A DNA stretch of 64,000 bases from Phycisphaeraceae bacterium (GTDB taxonomy: Bacteria > Planctomycetota > Phycisphaerae > Phycisphaerales > Phycisphaeraceae), in NCBI GenBank assembly GCA_963674705.1, contig OY771506.1, forward strand, positions 2,560,001 through 2,624,000. Direction: 5' to 3'. The notes beneath the pieces were generated by a model, which had not been told where the DNA came from, did not search any database, and saw only the letters and a program-made list of their open reading frames with translations. The translations under genes were made by a program, and so were the position numbers. Of this stretch, positions 13,498 through 23,229 are shown piece by piece (position 1 is the stretch's first letter; each line of letters begins with the position of its first letter).

Positions 13498-14901
13498 ATG
13501 AAATGGAGCTTCGTGGCTACCGGTTGTTTAGCCGTTATTGTCGCAGCCCCCGCCTTTGGTAATGAACCCCCGCCCGGCCAGGCCGATCCGATTTCGCTGA
13601 CGCGCAACTCGCCCAGCGTTATCCTCTTCGGCAACACGCCGGCTGATATCTACGGCGAAGTGATTGGCGCCGCAGTGGGTGGATGGGATGTTGGGGGGCC
13701 CGGACCTGTGATTCATGTGCCTGATATGAACTATGGTCTACAGCCGATGGCTGACAACAATGATGCTCATTCCAATGGTGAGCAGCAGTTCTCTGATCCG
13801 GGTATGGAATTGGTCATCTACTTTTCGGGTGATGTCAGTTCGGTCGGCATGCCGTTGACCGACTATGACCATCAAGCCCAACGTAACCAGGCTGCGGGAG
13901 ATCGATTTGTTTCAAACGGCGCGGCTCAGCCTCCCTCGTTTGTGATGTTCAGTGGGGCTCCGTCGCCGCTGATCAATGGGCCCGTTTTCCCGGGCGCATT
14001 CGGGACCATGTCGCCCAACATACTCAGTGCCAACCAGGACCGTTACAACGAGATCCCGACCCGACCGGCGATGATCTACAACAGCTATGTGCCCCCGGCC
14101 GGATCGGGTGCGCTGAACATGGATGACATGGACGCGCTGGAACTGATGCCGTTTGATATCAACGGTGACTTGATGCACGACACGCCGGTCTACTTCAGCC
14201 TCGACCCATTAAGCCCAAGTCTGGGTCTGGGCGCCGGCAGCCCCGCTGACATACTTGTCTCGCTGCCAATGAGCCCGGCCGTGCAGCTTTTTGCCCCAGC
14301 GCCCCTGATGGGCTTAACGATGATAGATGATGTGGATGCGTTGGCCGTGTGGGATTATGCGAACCCACTGGTAGCTGACGGGCAATTAGACTACGCCCTG
14401 TTCTCACTGGCGCCCGGATCACCCTCACTGGCGGGGCCCGACGGCGCGTGGGGGACGCTGGATGATTACTCCGCGGCAGATATCTTCGTTACCGACTTCA
14501 GCGGCGTGCACGCGCTGTACATGACCGCTCAGTCGCTGGGTATGCAGTTTAGCGACAATATCGACGCACTCGATGTCGAAGCATGGGAAGGCCCACAAAG
14601 TGTTGAGGTCTTCGAAGAGATCTGGGCATTGCCCGCGATTGAAGGGGACTTGGATGGTGACGGATTTGTTGGCCTGTCCGACCTGGATATCATCCTCAGC
14701 AACTGGAACCAGACGGTGCCGCCTGCCAATCCACTGGCTGACCCGAATGGCGACGGTTATGTCGGGCTGGATGACTTGGACATCGTGTTGAGAAACTGGA
14801 ATAAGGGTGTCCCACCACCGGTAGCGAACGTCCCGGAACCGGCGACACTCGCCCTGATCTCGCTTGCCGGTTATGCATTGCTTACCCGTCGGGCCCGTTA
14901 A
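13498..14901 (+). CDS. Secreted PEP-CTERM protein with a dockerin-like duplicated Ca-binding module and internal D-x-x-D-A-L repeats
   Basis: Signal peptide; GDLDGDGFVGLSDLD...DPNGDGYVGLDDLD; VPEPA + TM + RRAR tail; RBS AAGGAG. Confidence 0.88.
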   Translation: MKWSFVATGCLAVIVAAPAFGNEPPPGQADPISLTRNSPSVILFGNTPADIYGEVIGAAVGGWDVGGPGPVIHVPDMNYGLQPMADNNDAHSNGEQQFSDPGMELVIYFSGDVSSVGMPLTDYDHQAQRNQAAGDRFVSNGAAQPPSFVMFSGAPSPLINGPVFPGAFGTMSPNILSANQDRYNEIPTRPAMIYNSYVPPAGSGALNMDDMDALELMPFDINGDLMHDTPVYFSLDPLSPSLGLGAGSPADILVSLPMSPAVQLFAPAPLMGLTMIDDVDALAVWDYANPLVADGQLDYALFSLAPGSPSLAGPDGAWGTLDDYSAADIFVTDFSGVHALYMTAQSLGMQFSDNIDALDVEAWEGPQSVEVFEEIWALPAIEGDLDGDGFVGLSDLDIILSNWNQTVPPANPLADPNGDGYVGLDDLDIVLRNWNKGVPPPVANVPEPATLALISLAGYALLTRRAR

Positions 14902-14960
14902 GAGGTCGCGCCAGATCGTCCGGGAGAAGGGGGGGAAATCAGGAGGGGAGCGTGCCTCGG

Positions 14961-15022
14961 ACTGGTGGGGTGGGTGGCAAGGTGATCACAACGACACCAA
15001 GCCACCTGCCACACCAGTTTTT
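14961..15022 (+). terminator. Long imperfect hairpin plus T tract after the PEP-CTERM gene
   Basis: ACTGGTGGGGTGGGTGGC...GCCACCTGCCACACCAGT followed by TTTT. Confidence 0.6.
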
Positions 15023-15079
15023 GCTTTGGTTTTGAATAGCCGGAATCAATCTTGAGCATGACGTACTCACCAGGATGCT

Positions 15080-15994
15080 TCAACTGCCTGAACCATAAAC
15101 TTCAACAGGTACAGCAACCATATGATCGATTGCTGAGATTGTTCGACGCAGTCGATCGGCGAACACAGTTAATGCTTCATTACTCAGTGCGGTGACATAC
15201 GTTTCCAGTGGTTTGCGGGCCACGGTGTAGAGTTGGATCAACTTGATCTGGCAGCCATGCTCAATCAGGTCTTTGATCCGCATCATATAGGCATCAAATT
15301 CGATATCGGGGATCGGTTCACCATGCAGTTGCATCAGCATGGTCTGGATTATGATCGGTCGCTTGCGTCCGCATGCCTGGATGTTGTCGAGCACCTTCGA
15401 TAACGGCACAGCGGAACGGTCAACGAGTTCGTAATAGGCTTGTGTGCCCGCGTCGAGTTTGGCCCAGACCTCGCCTTGATTGGCATCGAGTGTTTGTATC
15501 GCCTGCTCGACGTTTGGCCGATTCAGCAGGGTCGCGTTGGTGATCAGGACAATCTTGGTTTCGTCCAGCTTGTGTGCATTTTTTATACTTACAACCATGT
15601 CGACCACGTTGTTGAAGCATTTTGCCGAAGTCGGTTCGCCGTCGCCGGAGAATGCGATGTCATTGAGTCGGCGTAATGCCGGGTCGACATGTGCGAATCG
15701 CGGGTGTGACCATATTCTGCCACTGACGACGGCATGGATCAGTGTACTGAGTTCCTGATGCAGTTTTTGCGTGTCCACTGCGATGGGTTTTGCAGGCAGG
15801 ATCTTGTCAACCTGACAGTAAACGCAATCGAAGTTGCAGATGGTATCGGGGTTCAGGTTGACGCCGATCGATAGCCCCTTGCTGCGTCGACTTACGACGG
15901 GGTAAACATAACTGAAGCTTTCCCAGTGCCTGCTGTGTTCTGCAAAGGGCGAGGGGGTGTGTTTCGCGTTAAGGTAATCAGTATCGTCGGTCAT
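15080..15994 (-). CDS. Radical SAM protein (COG0731-like Fe-S oxidoreductase)
   Basis: CNFDCVYC motif preceded by SRRSKGLSIGVNLNP; FSGDGEPT; start placed at MTDD (the ORF track extends to 16069). Confidence 0.85.
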   Translation of the reverse strand: MTDDTDYLNAKHTPSPFAEHSRHWESFSYVYPVVSRRSKGLSIGVNLNPDTICNFDCVYCQVDKILPAKPIAVDTQKLHQELSTLIHAVVSGRIWSHPRFAHVDPALRRLNDIAFSGDGEPTSAKCFNNVVDMVVSIKNAHKLDETKIVLITNATLLNRPNVEQAIQTLDANQGEVWAKLDAGTQAYYELVDRSAVPLSKVLDNIQACGRKRPIIIQTMLMQLHGEPIPDIEFDAYMMRIKDLIEHGCQIKLIQLYTVARKPLETYVTALSNEALTVFADRLRRTISAIDHMVAVPVEVYGSGS

Positions 15995-16070
15995 GGTTTT
16001 GCCGTGAAGTTTCCGCAAGGCATCATAGCGATGAATCGTCGTTTGGTGGAATGGTATTGGATTGCGCAAT

Positions 16071-16105
16071 AAAAACCCGGACGCCGTGGGAGCGACGTCC
16101 GGTTT
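16071..16105 (-). terminator. Rho-independent terminator of the minus-strand PEP-CTERM gene
   Basis: Minus strand CCGGACGTCG-loop-CGGCGTCCGG then GTTTTT. Confidence 0.7.
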
Positions 16106-16183
16106 CAGTGTTTGACAACAAGAAAGGTTGTCAAGGTGTGATTCAGCCGTTACTCCGCATCACACCCCACATTATCAATTTGA

Positions 16184-17230
16184 TTAGCGACGACGGAGCA
16201 TCGCGAGGCCACCCATACCGAGCAGGGCGAGGGTAGCGGGTTCAGGCACGACGGAAGCGGCCGGCGGGGTGCCAGCGTTCCAGTTGTTCAGGACGGTGTC
16301 AAGGTCTTCCAGACCGACATAGCCATCACCAGAGGGATCCGGCTCGCTGCCGGGAGTGACGCTCTGATTCCAACTGCCGAGGACCAGGTCCAGGTCGTCC
16401 AGGCCGACGAAGCCATCGCCATTCAGGTCGCCTTCGAGGGCGGTTTCAGCCGCGATGATCTCGAGCAGGATGTTATCGAAGGTCAGGCCGCCGCCGGCGG
16501 AGCTGATGCCCGAGGGGCTGCCGAAGCGGATGGCGTTGAAACCGTCTACGGTGGAGGGCATATCGAAGTGTTCGATTTCGTAATCGAAGACACCGTCATA
16601 ATCGAAGTCGACTTCGTAGAGTACCGACTCGGACTTGATGGTGGCCTGGAGGGTGTACCAGGCGCCGCCACGGAAGCGGTTCACGGCCAGTTCGGTTTCG
16701 CCGACCAACTCGGTACCCATATCCCACGCCTGCCAGTTGGGGTTGGCAGTCCCGTTGATCGAGTCAAACAGGATGCCTCGGTAGGACAGGTGCATGCCGG
16801 TGGAGTTGTAGACACCCAGTTCAACGATGTTGGCCGGGGCGTTGGAACGCAGGCCGAGGCTCATACGCTTATTGCTGGGATTCAGCGGGAAGAACGGGTC
16901 CAGAGAGGTATCGTTGTCATAGATATCGACCTTGACGCGGATCCATTCTTCTGTGGTGGCATAAATGGGAGAGGCCAGAAGCAGTTCATTGACACTGCCA
17001 CCGGGATGGTAGGCGAAGTTGCCGATACCGGACACTTCCGGGGTGCCGTCAAAATCGTCGTCGATTTCATTCGTCAGCACACCATCGAAGCCAGCCCAAA
17101 CAGCAGCCATTGCAGAGGTGCTGGCGTAGCTTTCAAAGTCTTCATCAACGACCACGCCGATCGTTGCCCAAGCGCTGCTGGCGGCGCCTAGCATAGCTAC
17201 ACAACCTAAACCGAATGCAAACTTACGCAT
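16184..17230 (-). CDS. Secreted PEP-CTERM protein with a dockerin-like module
   Basis: Signal peptide; GDLNGDGFVGLDDLD...DPSGDGYVGLEDLD; VPEPA-TM-RRR; RBS GGGAGG. Confidence 0.9.
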   Translation of the reverse strand: MRKFAFGLGCVAMLGAASSAWATIGVVVDEDFESYASTSAMAAVWAGFDGVLTNEIDDDFDGTPEVSGIGNFAYHPGGSVNELLLASPIYATTEEWIRVKVDIYDNDTSLDPFFPLNPSNKRMSLGLRSNAPANIVELGVYNSTGMHLSYRGILFDSINGTANPNWQAWDMGTELVGETELAVNRFRGGAWYTLQATIKSESVLYEVDFDYDGVFDYEIEHFDMPSTVDGFNAIRFGSPSGISSAGGGLTFDNILLEIIAAETALEGDLNGDGFVGLDDLDLVLGSWNQSVTPGSEPDPSGDGYVGLEDLDTVLNNWNAGTPPAASVVPEPATLALLGMGGLAMLRRR

Positions 17231-17335
17231 GTCTCATTCCTCCCTTTCAGATGGGTATGGTGAAATAACAGTTTTAATGGTCTCTGGTCGAATTACCACG
17301 AGCTATACACATGTGATTATCAAAGTACCAATTTG

Positions 17336-17363
17336 ATTATATAACAAGAGTGTGGGTTGTCAA
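17336..17363 (-). promoter_or_regulatory. Consensus sigma70 promoter TTGACA-N16-TATAAT for the PEP-CTERM gene
   Basis: Exact -35/-10 hexamers on the minus strand about 105 bp upstream of the ATG. Confidence 0.75.
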
Positions 17364-17695
17364 CGAATATCAGGGATTCCTGATTAATTAACGCATATGT
17401 AATCATGCCCCTGATTTCCAACTGGGATTGGTTTATACCCGCCTCCCACGGCTTTCTTACAACTGAATCATAGCTCATATATCAGGAAATGCGATTTTTT
17501 TTATAATTTGTTAAATATCAATATTATATGAGACTATAGGTGAGGGTTGGTGATATTGCATAATTAGGGGTCGGCGGGATGGCGGCTTCATGCTGCCGTG
17601 GCGGGGTGGCCGGACCGGCTTACGCCGCCGTGATTTACTCATCGCTCAAGATTCTGGTGTATAACAACTAGAAAGTAGCCCTTGGAATCATTGGT

Positions 17696-18781
17696 ATGGA
17701 TGCCGACATCAATAAAGGTTCGTTCTCGCCTTGGGGTGATTTGCCTAAAATTGATCTGCGTCATCTGTTGAAGATGACGGATGATACGGGGCTGTTTCAG
17801 CATGCACTTTATTCCGTACCTGATCCGCATCATGGCTACTGCATCGATGACAACGCTCGAGCCCTACTGGTTGCATTGATCCATGCGGAATTGTTTGGCT
17901 ATGACGAGCATATCGTGCCGTTGCATCGTTACCTGATGTTTATGGCTTATGCCTTCAACAATGACACAGGCGTCTTCCGGAACTTCATGTCGTATGACCG
18001 GCGATGGCTGGAAGATGCCGGCAGCCCGGACAGCCAGGGGCGTGCCATCTGGGCCTTGGGCACCGCAGTCGCGCATGCCCCTGATGGCGACACCCATGAC
18101 CTCGCATCTGAGCTCTTTCGTAAAGCTTTACCGGGAATCAGTGCGTTTGAACACCTGCGTTCCAAGGCTTTTGCGCTGATAGGGTTGAGCGAATGGCTGG
18201 CTGTTGAGCCGGGGGATCAATCTACGCAGAGTCTGCGTGACCGTTATGCCAATGATATCTACGAAGCTTTTCAACAGCACGGCAGCGAAGATTGGCCTTG
18301 GTGTGAACCGCTGGTGACATATGACAACGCAAAGCTGTGTCACGCATTACTGGTTTGTGGTGCTGCCATGTACAACAGCGAGATGATCCAGCAAGGGCTT
18401 ACTTCCTTACGCTGGCTCTTGGATGTGCAACGTGCGGACCGCGGTCATCTGAGCATCATCGGCAATGACGGGTGGCTGCCTCGCGGTGGTCAAAGGGCGC
18501 GGTTCGACCAGCAACCACTCGAGGCGCATGCACTGGTGCATGGTTGTCTGGCCGCGGCCAAGATCAGCCAGGACCGGTCCTGGGCGGATGAGGCTTGGCG
18601 CTGTTTCCGCTGGTTTACGGGTGAAAACGACCTCGGCGTATCGCTCTATGCCGAGGAGTCCGGCGGATGCATGGACGGTCTTCAGGCTAACGGTGTTAAC
18701 CGCAACCAAGGCGCGGAGTCTACGTTAGCCTACCTGTTAAGTGTCTTGGAACTACACTGCTACGTTGCCTCTCTAACTTGA
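17696..18781 (+). CDS. Stand-alone (alpha/alpha)6-type domain usually found C-terminal to GT4 glycosyltransferases
   Basis: HL..MTDDTGLFQHA, GYCIDDNARAL, TYDNA, FDQQPLE and NQGAESTL motifs. Confidence 0.7.
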   Translation: MDADINKGSFSPWGDLPKIDLRHLLKMTDDTGLFQHALYSVPDPHHGYCIDDNARALLVALIHAELFGYDEHIVPLHRYLMFMAYAFNNDTGVFRNFMSYDRRWLEDAGSPDSQGRAIWALGTAVAHAPDGDTHDLASELFRKALPGISAFEHLRSKAFALIGLSEWLAVEPGDQSTQSLRDRYANDIYEAFQQHGSEDWPWCEPLVTYDNAKLCHALLVCGAAMYNSEMIQQGLTSLRWLLDVQRADRGHLSIIGNDGWLPRGGQRARFDQQPLEAHALVHGCLAAAKISQDRSWADEAWRCFRWFTGENDLGVSLYAEESGGCMDGLQANGVNRNQGAESTLAYLLSVLELHCYVASLT

Positions 18782-18940
18782 TCATCCGCGATGGATCGTC
18801 TGCCTATCCCGCACATCCGATAACGTTTACCAAGCAATCGTCGTCTTTTTACATCTGTGCGCTGAGTCCGCCATGGGTTATATCCGACGATAGATAGTCG
18901 GGAGCCGTTATGGGACGGGTTCCGCCTCGGTTAGGTGCGC

Positions 18941-18968
18941 TTAAGTCGGATGTGAAAGCCGACGATGA
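18941..18968 (+). promoter_or_regulatory. sigma28 (FliA/WhiG)-like promoter 1: TAAG-N15-GACGATGA
   Basis: Resembles TAAA-N15-GCCGATAA; shares TTAAGTCG with two other sites. Confidence 0.6.
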
Positions 18969-19037
18969 CGATCAAACCGGCTGTAACGTTTGTATCGATC
19001 GGCGAAGCCGCCCGTAAGCCGGACAGGAGCGACCAAG

Positions 19038-20711
19038 ATGTGGTTTCTGCCAAGTAGCAAGCAAAACAGTGCTGTGAACGAAGCGATCAATGCGCCCGAG
19101 CCGGAGGTCGAGGTTGCTGTACGTCCTGACCGCGTGACGCCACTGCCTCAGGCACGGGCCAAGTCTGAGTATGAGGAATCGCAGGCGGTGTATGTCACGC
19201 TGATCTTCTTCGCCGCGATCACACTGCGCATTCTGTTTTTTGTGCTTGGACCCTATGGCGACAGCGAACGTGCGATGTACCCGGATTCCTACCGGTACGT
19301 GGAGTTGGGCGAGACATTGGTCAGCGATGGCGTGTTTGGGATAACCAGTCCGGAAACCGGTGTTGTCCATGAGCCGCTGTATGAGCTGCGTGAAGAACTG
19401 GGGCAGTTGGAGCCTTCGATCGATGGCGGGCTGCGGCCGGAGATCATGCGGACACCCGGTTATCCCGCGCTGCTGGGATTAGTCGCGTGGTCGGGAGTGG
19501 GGATCAACGGTTTACTGATCGCGCAGTGTCTATTCGGAGCGATATCGGTTGTCCTGGTGTATGGCATCGGTAGGGTGCTGTTGAAGCGGCCCGGTCCGGC
19601 GTTGTTCGCGGCAGCCATTGTTGCGATCCACCCTGCGGCGCTTGTTGCGCCGACATCCGTCCTGACCGAGTCGTCTTTTACCTTGTTGATACTGCTTGGC
19701 CTGTGGGCGGTCGCGGATCGTGAGAAACGTGGTATCGGCAGAACAACCTTTGGTGGCATGATGATCGGCCTGAGTGTGCTTGTTCGGCCGGTTTCGATCT
19801 TCCTGGGACCCGCGGTAGCGATCTGGATGTTTGCTACGGATCGGCGGTTTAAGACGGCATTCCTCGCGATCCTGATGCTGGGTTTGTCATTGGCGCCCGC
19901 TGTCGGATGGATGGCACGGAATAACTCGATCGGCTTCGGCTATCGTCTGAGCAGCATCCCGTATATCAATACCTACTTCTACACCGACGCTTACATGCGA
20001 ATTACCGAGCAGGGCGGGGACTGGAAGCAGGATTGGCCCGCCACCGTCGACACGCTTATGGGTGAACTGAAAGCAGAACAGAATCTGAATCCGCATCAAG
20101 ATGTCTACGTCACGATGGAAGACCTGGGCGTTCAGGCGATCAAGGACGATCCCGGGCTCTATGGCAAAGTCATGCAGGAGAGCATGATCAAGTTCTTTAC
20201 GGATCATTCATTGGGTGGGATGTATCAGCAGCTTGGTTTGACGTACACACCGTCAGGCCTGCGGGACAAGTTGATGTCCGGCGGTTTCTCATGGCAGAAT
20301 CTTGTGGATACCTTGAAGAATCCTACGGGCTGGCTGGCGTTGAGCTGGTCGGCATTCAATGGTTTATTGCTCATCGGGATGATCCTCGGCAGTGTGATGC
20401 TATTGGTTCGTCGCCATTGGCCGGCATTCCTGCTGCTGGGGGGAGTGATGTTCTACTTCGCCTTTGCTACACAGGCGACGGGGCTTGAGCGTTTCCGCCT
20501 GCCGGTGTTGGGCATTCAGGCCCTGCTGGTTGCGTCATTGTTTGCTCCACGTCGGCAGAAGCCGCAGAAGAGCAAGGACAAGACTCCTAAGCGCCGTTGG
20601 TACGAGCGGGCCGTAGATGGTGATGAGCCGGACGATGAAGCAAAGTCGGATAAAACCACACCGACGCTAGAAGCTGAACCGGAACCGGAATCACTGGCTC
20701 GGCCGATTTGA
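19038..20711 (+). CDS. GT-C fold membrane glycosyltransferase (ArnT/PMT, GT39/GT83-like)
   Basis: PDSYRY, RTPGYP, LTES, LVRP and ERFRLP motifs; many TM segments; RBS CAGGAG before ATG 19038. Confidence 0.8.
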   Translation: MWFLPSSKQNSAVNEAINAPEPEVEVAVRPDRVTPLPQARAKSEYEESQAVYVTLIFFAAITLRILFFVLGPYGDSERAMYPDSYRYVELGETLVSDGVFGITSPETGVVHEPLYELREELGQLEPSIDGGLRPEIMRTPGYPALLGLVAWSGVGINGLLIAQCLFGAISVVLVYGIGRVLLKRPGPALFAAAIVAIHPAALVAPTSVLTESSFTLLILLGLWAVADREKRGIGRTTFGGMMIGLSVLVRPVSIFLGPAVAIWMFATDRRFKTAFLAILMLGLSLAPAVGWMARNNSIGFGYRLSSIPYINTYFYTDAYMRITEQGGDWKQDWPATVDTLMGELKAEQNLNPHQDVYVTMEDLGVQAIKDDPGLYGKVMQESMIKFFTDHSLGGMYQQLGLTYTPSGLRDKLMSGGFSWQNLVDTLKNPTGWLALSWSAFNGLLLIGMILGSVMLLVRRHWPAFLLLGGVMFYFAFATQATGLERFRLPVLGIQALLVASLFAPRRQKPQKSKDKTPKRRWYERAVDGDEPDDEAKSDKTTPTLEAEPEPESLARPI

Positions 20712-20938
20712 TGCGTCAACGCTCATCAATTTCAGGTAGATCTCAGCGTATACGGCCTCACTGCTAGCACAATATCGCTATCACGCTCCGGTTCTATGAA
20801 TGGCTGTTAGCAGGCACATAAATTATGGGACCTATACGACAAATCGACCGGGCTGATGGTTAACTCACTCACGCCAGACGTAGCTTTCTCACGCTTTACA
20901 GCAAGTGATTTTATCGCACCTGTCTCTCTTATAGGGGC

Positions 20939-20966
20939 TTAAGTCGTCCCCCTTTAGAGTCGATAC
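20939..20966 (+). promoter_or_regulatory. sigma28-like promoter 2: TAAG-N15-GTCGATAC
   Basis: Same spacing and TTAAGTCG start as sites 1 and 3; upstream of wzm. Confidence 0.65.
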
Positions 20967-21043
20967 AACTTGTGCCGATCGTAACGGTTGTAACGTCTGG
21001 GCGCACCGCGCCTTGGATGTGGTGGTCCGTCAGGAGTTAAGGT

Positions 21044-21922
21044 TTGTCCAGCACACCGATCCCAACGCAGCTATTTGCCGGCCCGGATAAGGCCGAGGCG
21101 TCACTCGTGACGGTGATCAAGCCGCAGCGAGGTCTGTGGGCATTGGACCCGGTCGGACTGTGGCGTCGTCGTGAGCTGGCGTGGGTGCTTGCATTGCGAG
21201 ACCTGCGCGTGCGGTATAAGCAGACACTGCTCGGGATCGCCTGGGCGGTGATTCAGCCTTTGGCGACAATGGTGGTGTTACACATCTTCTTCGGGCGCGT
21301 GATGGGCATGGCAGAGAAGGTCGGCGATGTGCCTTACCCCGTGTTTTTGTATGCGGGACTCTTGCCTTGGACATTGTTCTCTAATGCGGTGACTGCATCG
21401 AGCAATAGCCTGGTCGGCAACGCGCATATCCTCAGCAAGGTTTATTTTCCCCGACTGTTGTTGCCTTTATCCGCCACGATCGTGCCGGTGATCGATTACT
21501 GCATCGCTTTTATTGTGCTGGCAGGATTGATGCTCTGGTTCCAAGTGCCTTTGTCTTGGGACATGGTCCTGTTGGCGCCGCTGGTGGTCTCGACCATTAT
21601 CGCGGTGCTTGGGGTTGGGATTCTGCTTGCGAGTCTGACCGTCAGCTACCGGGACTTTCGTTATGTGGTCCCGTTCATGTTGCAGTTGTGGTTTTTCATG
21701 ACGCCGGTGATTTATGGTCTGGACTTCGTGCCGGAGCGTTACCAGTGGCTGATGAACCTGAATCCGATGGCGGGCACGATCGATGCCTTCCGCGCGGTTG
21801 TGTTAGGCCAACCAGTGAACTACGCGGCGTGGCTGGTTTCGACGACCTCTGCTGCGTTGACGCTGGTGATCGGTCTGATGTGGTTTGCCAAGCTCGAACG
21901 GAAGTTCGCGGACGTGGTGTGA
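21044..21922 (+). CDS. wzm: Polysaccharide ABC exporter permease (Wzm/RfbA family)
   Basis: RDLRVRYKQTLLG.AW..IQP, KVYFPR, YRD, TPVIY and LNPM motifs; TTG start after CAGGAG. Confidence 0.93.
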   Translation: MSSTPIPTQLFAGPDKAEASLVTVIKPQRGLWALDPVGLWRRRELAWVLALRDLRVRYKQTLLGIAWAVIQPLATMVVLHIFFGRVMGMAEKVGDVPYPVFLYAGLLPWTLFSNAVTASSNSLVGNAHILSKVYFPRLLLPLSATIVPVIDYCIAFIVLAGLMLWFQVPLSWDMVLLAPLVVSTIIAVLGVGILLASLTVSYRDFRYVVPFMLQLWFFMTPVIYGLDFVPERYQWLMNLNPMAGTIDAFRAVVLGQPVNYAAWLVSTTSAALTLVIGLMWFAKLERKFADVV

Positions 21923-21935
21923 TTAGGTATTACGT

Positions 21936-23216
21936 ATGAGCCAACCGGCGATCCAGGTTGAAGGTTTGAGTAAAAAGTACCGTCTAGGTCAGACGCGTAC
22001 GCTGCGCCAGCGTTTGGCTTCGATGTTGCGTGCAACGAATACAGAACAAGCGGATTCATTGCAATCCGGGACATTCTGGGCGCTGCGTGATGTATCATTC
22101 AGTCTGCAGCCGGGGCGCGTGCTGGGAGTGGTTGGGCACAACGGAGCGGGCAAGAGCACGCTGTTGAAGTTGCTTTCGCGGATCACAGACCCGACTTCAG
22201 GATCAGCCGCGATCCGTGGACGGGTTGCTAGCCTGCTGGAAGTTGGCACGGGATTTCATCCCGAACTGACGGGTCGTGAAAACATCTTCCTTAATGGTGC
22301 GATCCTCGGCCTGAAGCAGAACGAGATCAAGCGGCACTTTGAGCGTATCGTGGACTTCGCTGAGGTGGGTCGTTTTCTGGATACGCCGGTGAAGCGTTAT
22401 TCAAGCGGTATGTATGTACGGCTTGCTTTTGCTATCGCGGCACATCTTGAGCCGGAAGTATTGATCGTCGACGAGGTGCTGGCGGTGGGAGACGCATCTT
22501 TCCAACGCAAATGCTTAGGCAAGATGGGAGATGTAGCCAGAGGTGGTCGTACGGTTGTGTTTGTCAGCCACAATATGGCGGCGGTCCGCAATCTGTGCCA
22601 TGAAGCGATTCTGTTAAACAGCGGATGTATCGAACGCCACGGCAACACTGATGAGGTCATTGACGCCTACCTGAACCGGATGTTTGCCGGCTCATCTGAT
22701 GATGGTGAAATTGGTTGGGACCTGCCCGACGCGCCGGGGGGCGAAGAGGTCCGTTTGCTGCGTGTTCGGGCAATCGATGAGGCGGGATCGCCGCGTGGTG
22801 TGTTCGATCTGTCCGAAGATATCCGTGTTGAGATGACTTACCGTGTGCTCAAACCCCTTGAAGATATGCGCTGGGTGATCAAGGTGATTTGTGACGATGG
22901 TTCGATCGCCTTGGCGACAACGGATCACACTCAACGTGAACCTGGCACAAAGCCGGGTGTTTACTGTAGCACGTGCATCATCCCCAGGAAGTTACTCAAT
23001 GCCGGGCGGTACAGCTTGCGGATCAATGCGGGATGTCCCGGCATCAAGGAGTACGTACCGGGGCAATCATTCATCCGGTTCCAGACAACCCGATCGACGG
23101 ATCATGGCTCATACTACGCTGAGAAGTGGCCGGGTGCAGTTGCTCCTTCCCTTGAGTGGGAGCAGCAGACTGTTGAACAGGCAAATGCTGATGAGACGAT
23201 CCGAGAAGCCGCTTAA
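21936..23216 (+). CDS. wzt: Polysaccharide ABC exporter ATPase with C-terminal carbohydrate-binding domain (Wzt)
   Basis: GHNGAGKST, YSSGMYVRLAF and DEVLAVGD motifs; C-terminal Wzt_C-like extension. Confidence 0.93.
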   Translation: MSQPAIQVEGLSKKYRLGQTRTLRQRLASMLRATNTEQADSLQSGTFWALRDVSFSLQPGRVLGVVGHNGAGKSTLLKLLSRITDPTSGSAAIRGRVASLLEVGTGFHPELTGRENIFLNGAILGLKQNEIKRHFERIVDFAEVGRFLDTPVKRYSSGMYVRLAFAIAAHLEPEVLIVDEVLAVGDASFQRKCLGKMGDVARGGRTVVFVSHNMAAVRNLCHEAILLNSGCIERHGNTDEVIDAYLNRMFAGSSDDGEIGWDLPDAPGGEEVRLLRVRAIDEAGSPRGVFDLSEDIRVEMTYRVLKPLEDMRWVIKVICDDGSIALATTDHTQREPGTKPGVYCSTCIIPRKLLNAGRYSLRINAGCPGIKEYVPGQSFIRFQTTRSTDHGSYYAEKWPGAVAPSLEWEQQTVEQANADETIREAA

Positions 23217-23229
23217 GGAAGGGTTCGCG

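Noticed and set aside
22891..23229. N-terminal extension of the sulfotransferase overlapping wzt
   Set aside because: An RBS and ATG at 23230 give a normal-sized enzyme; the extension has no motif
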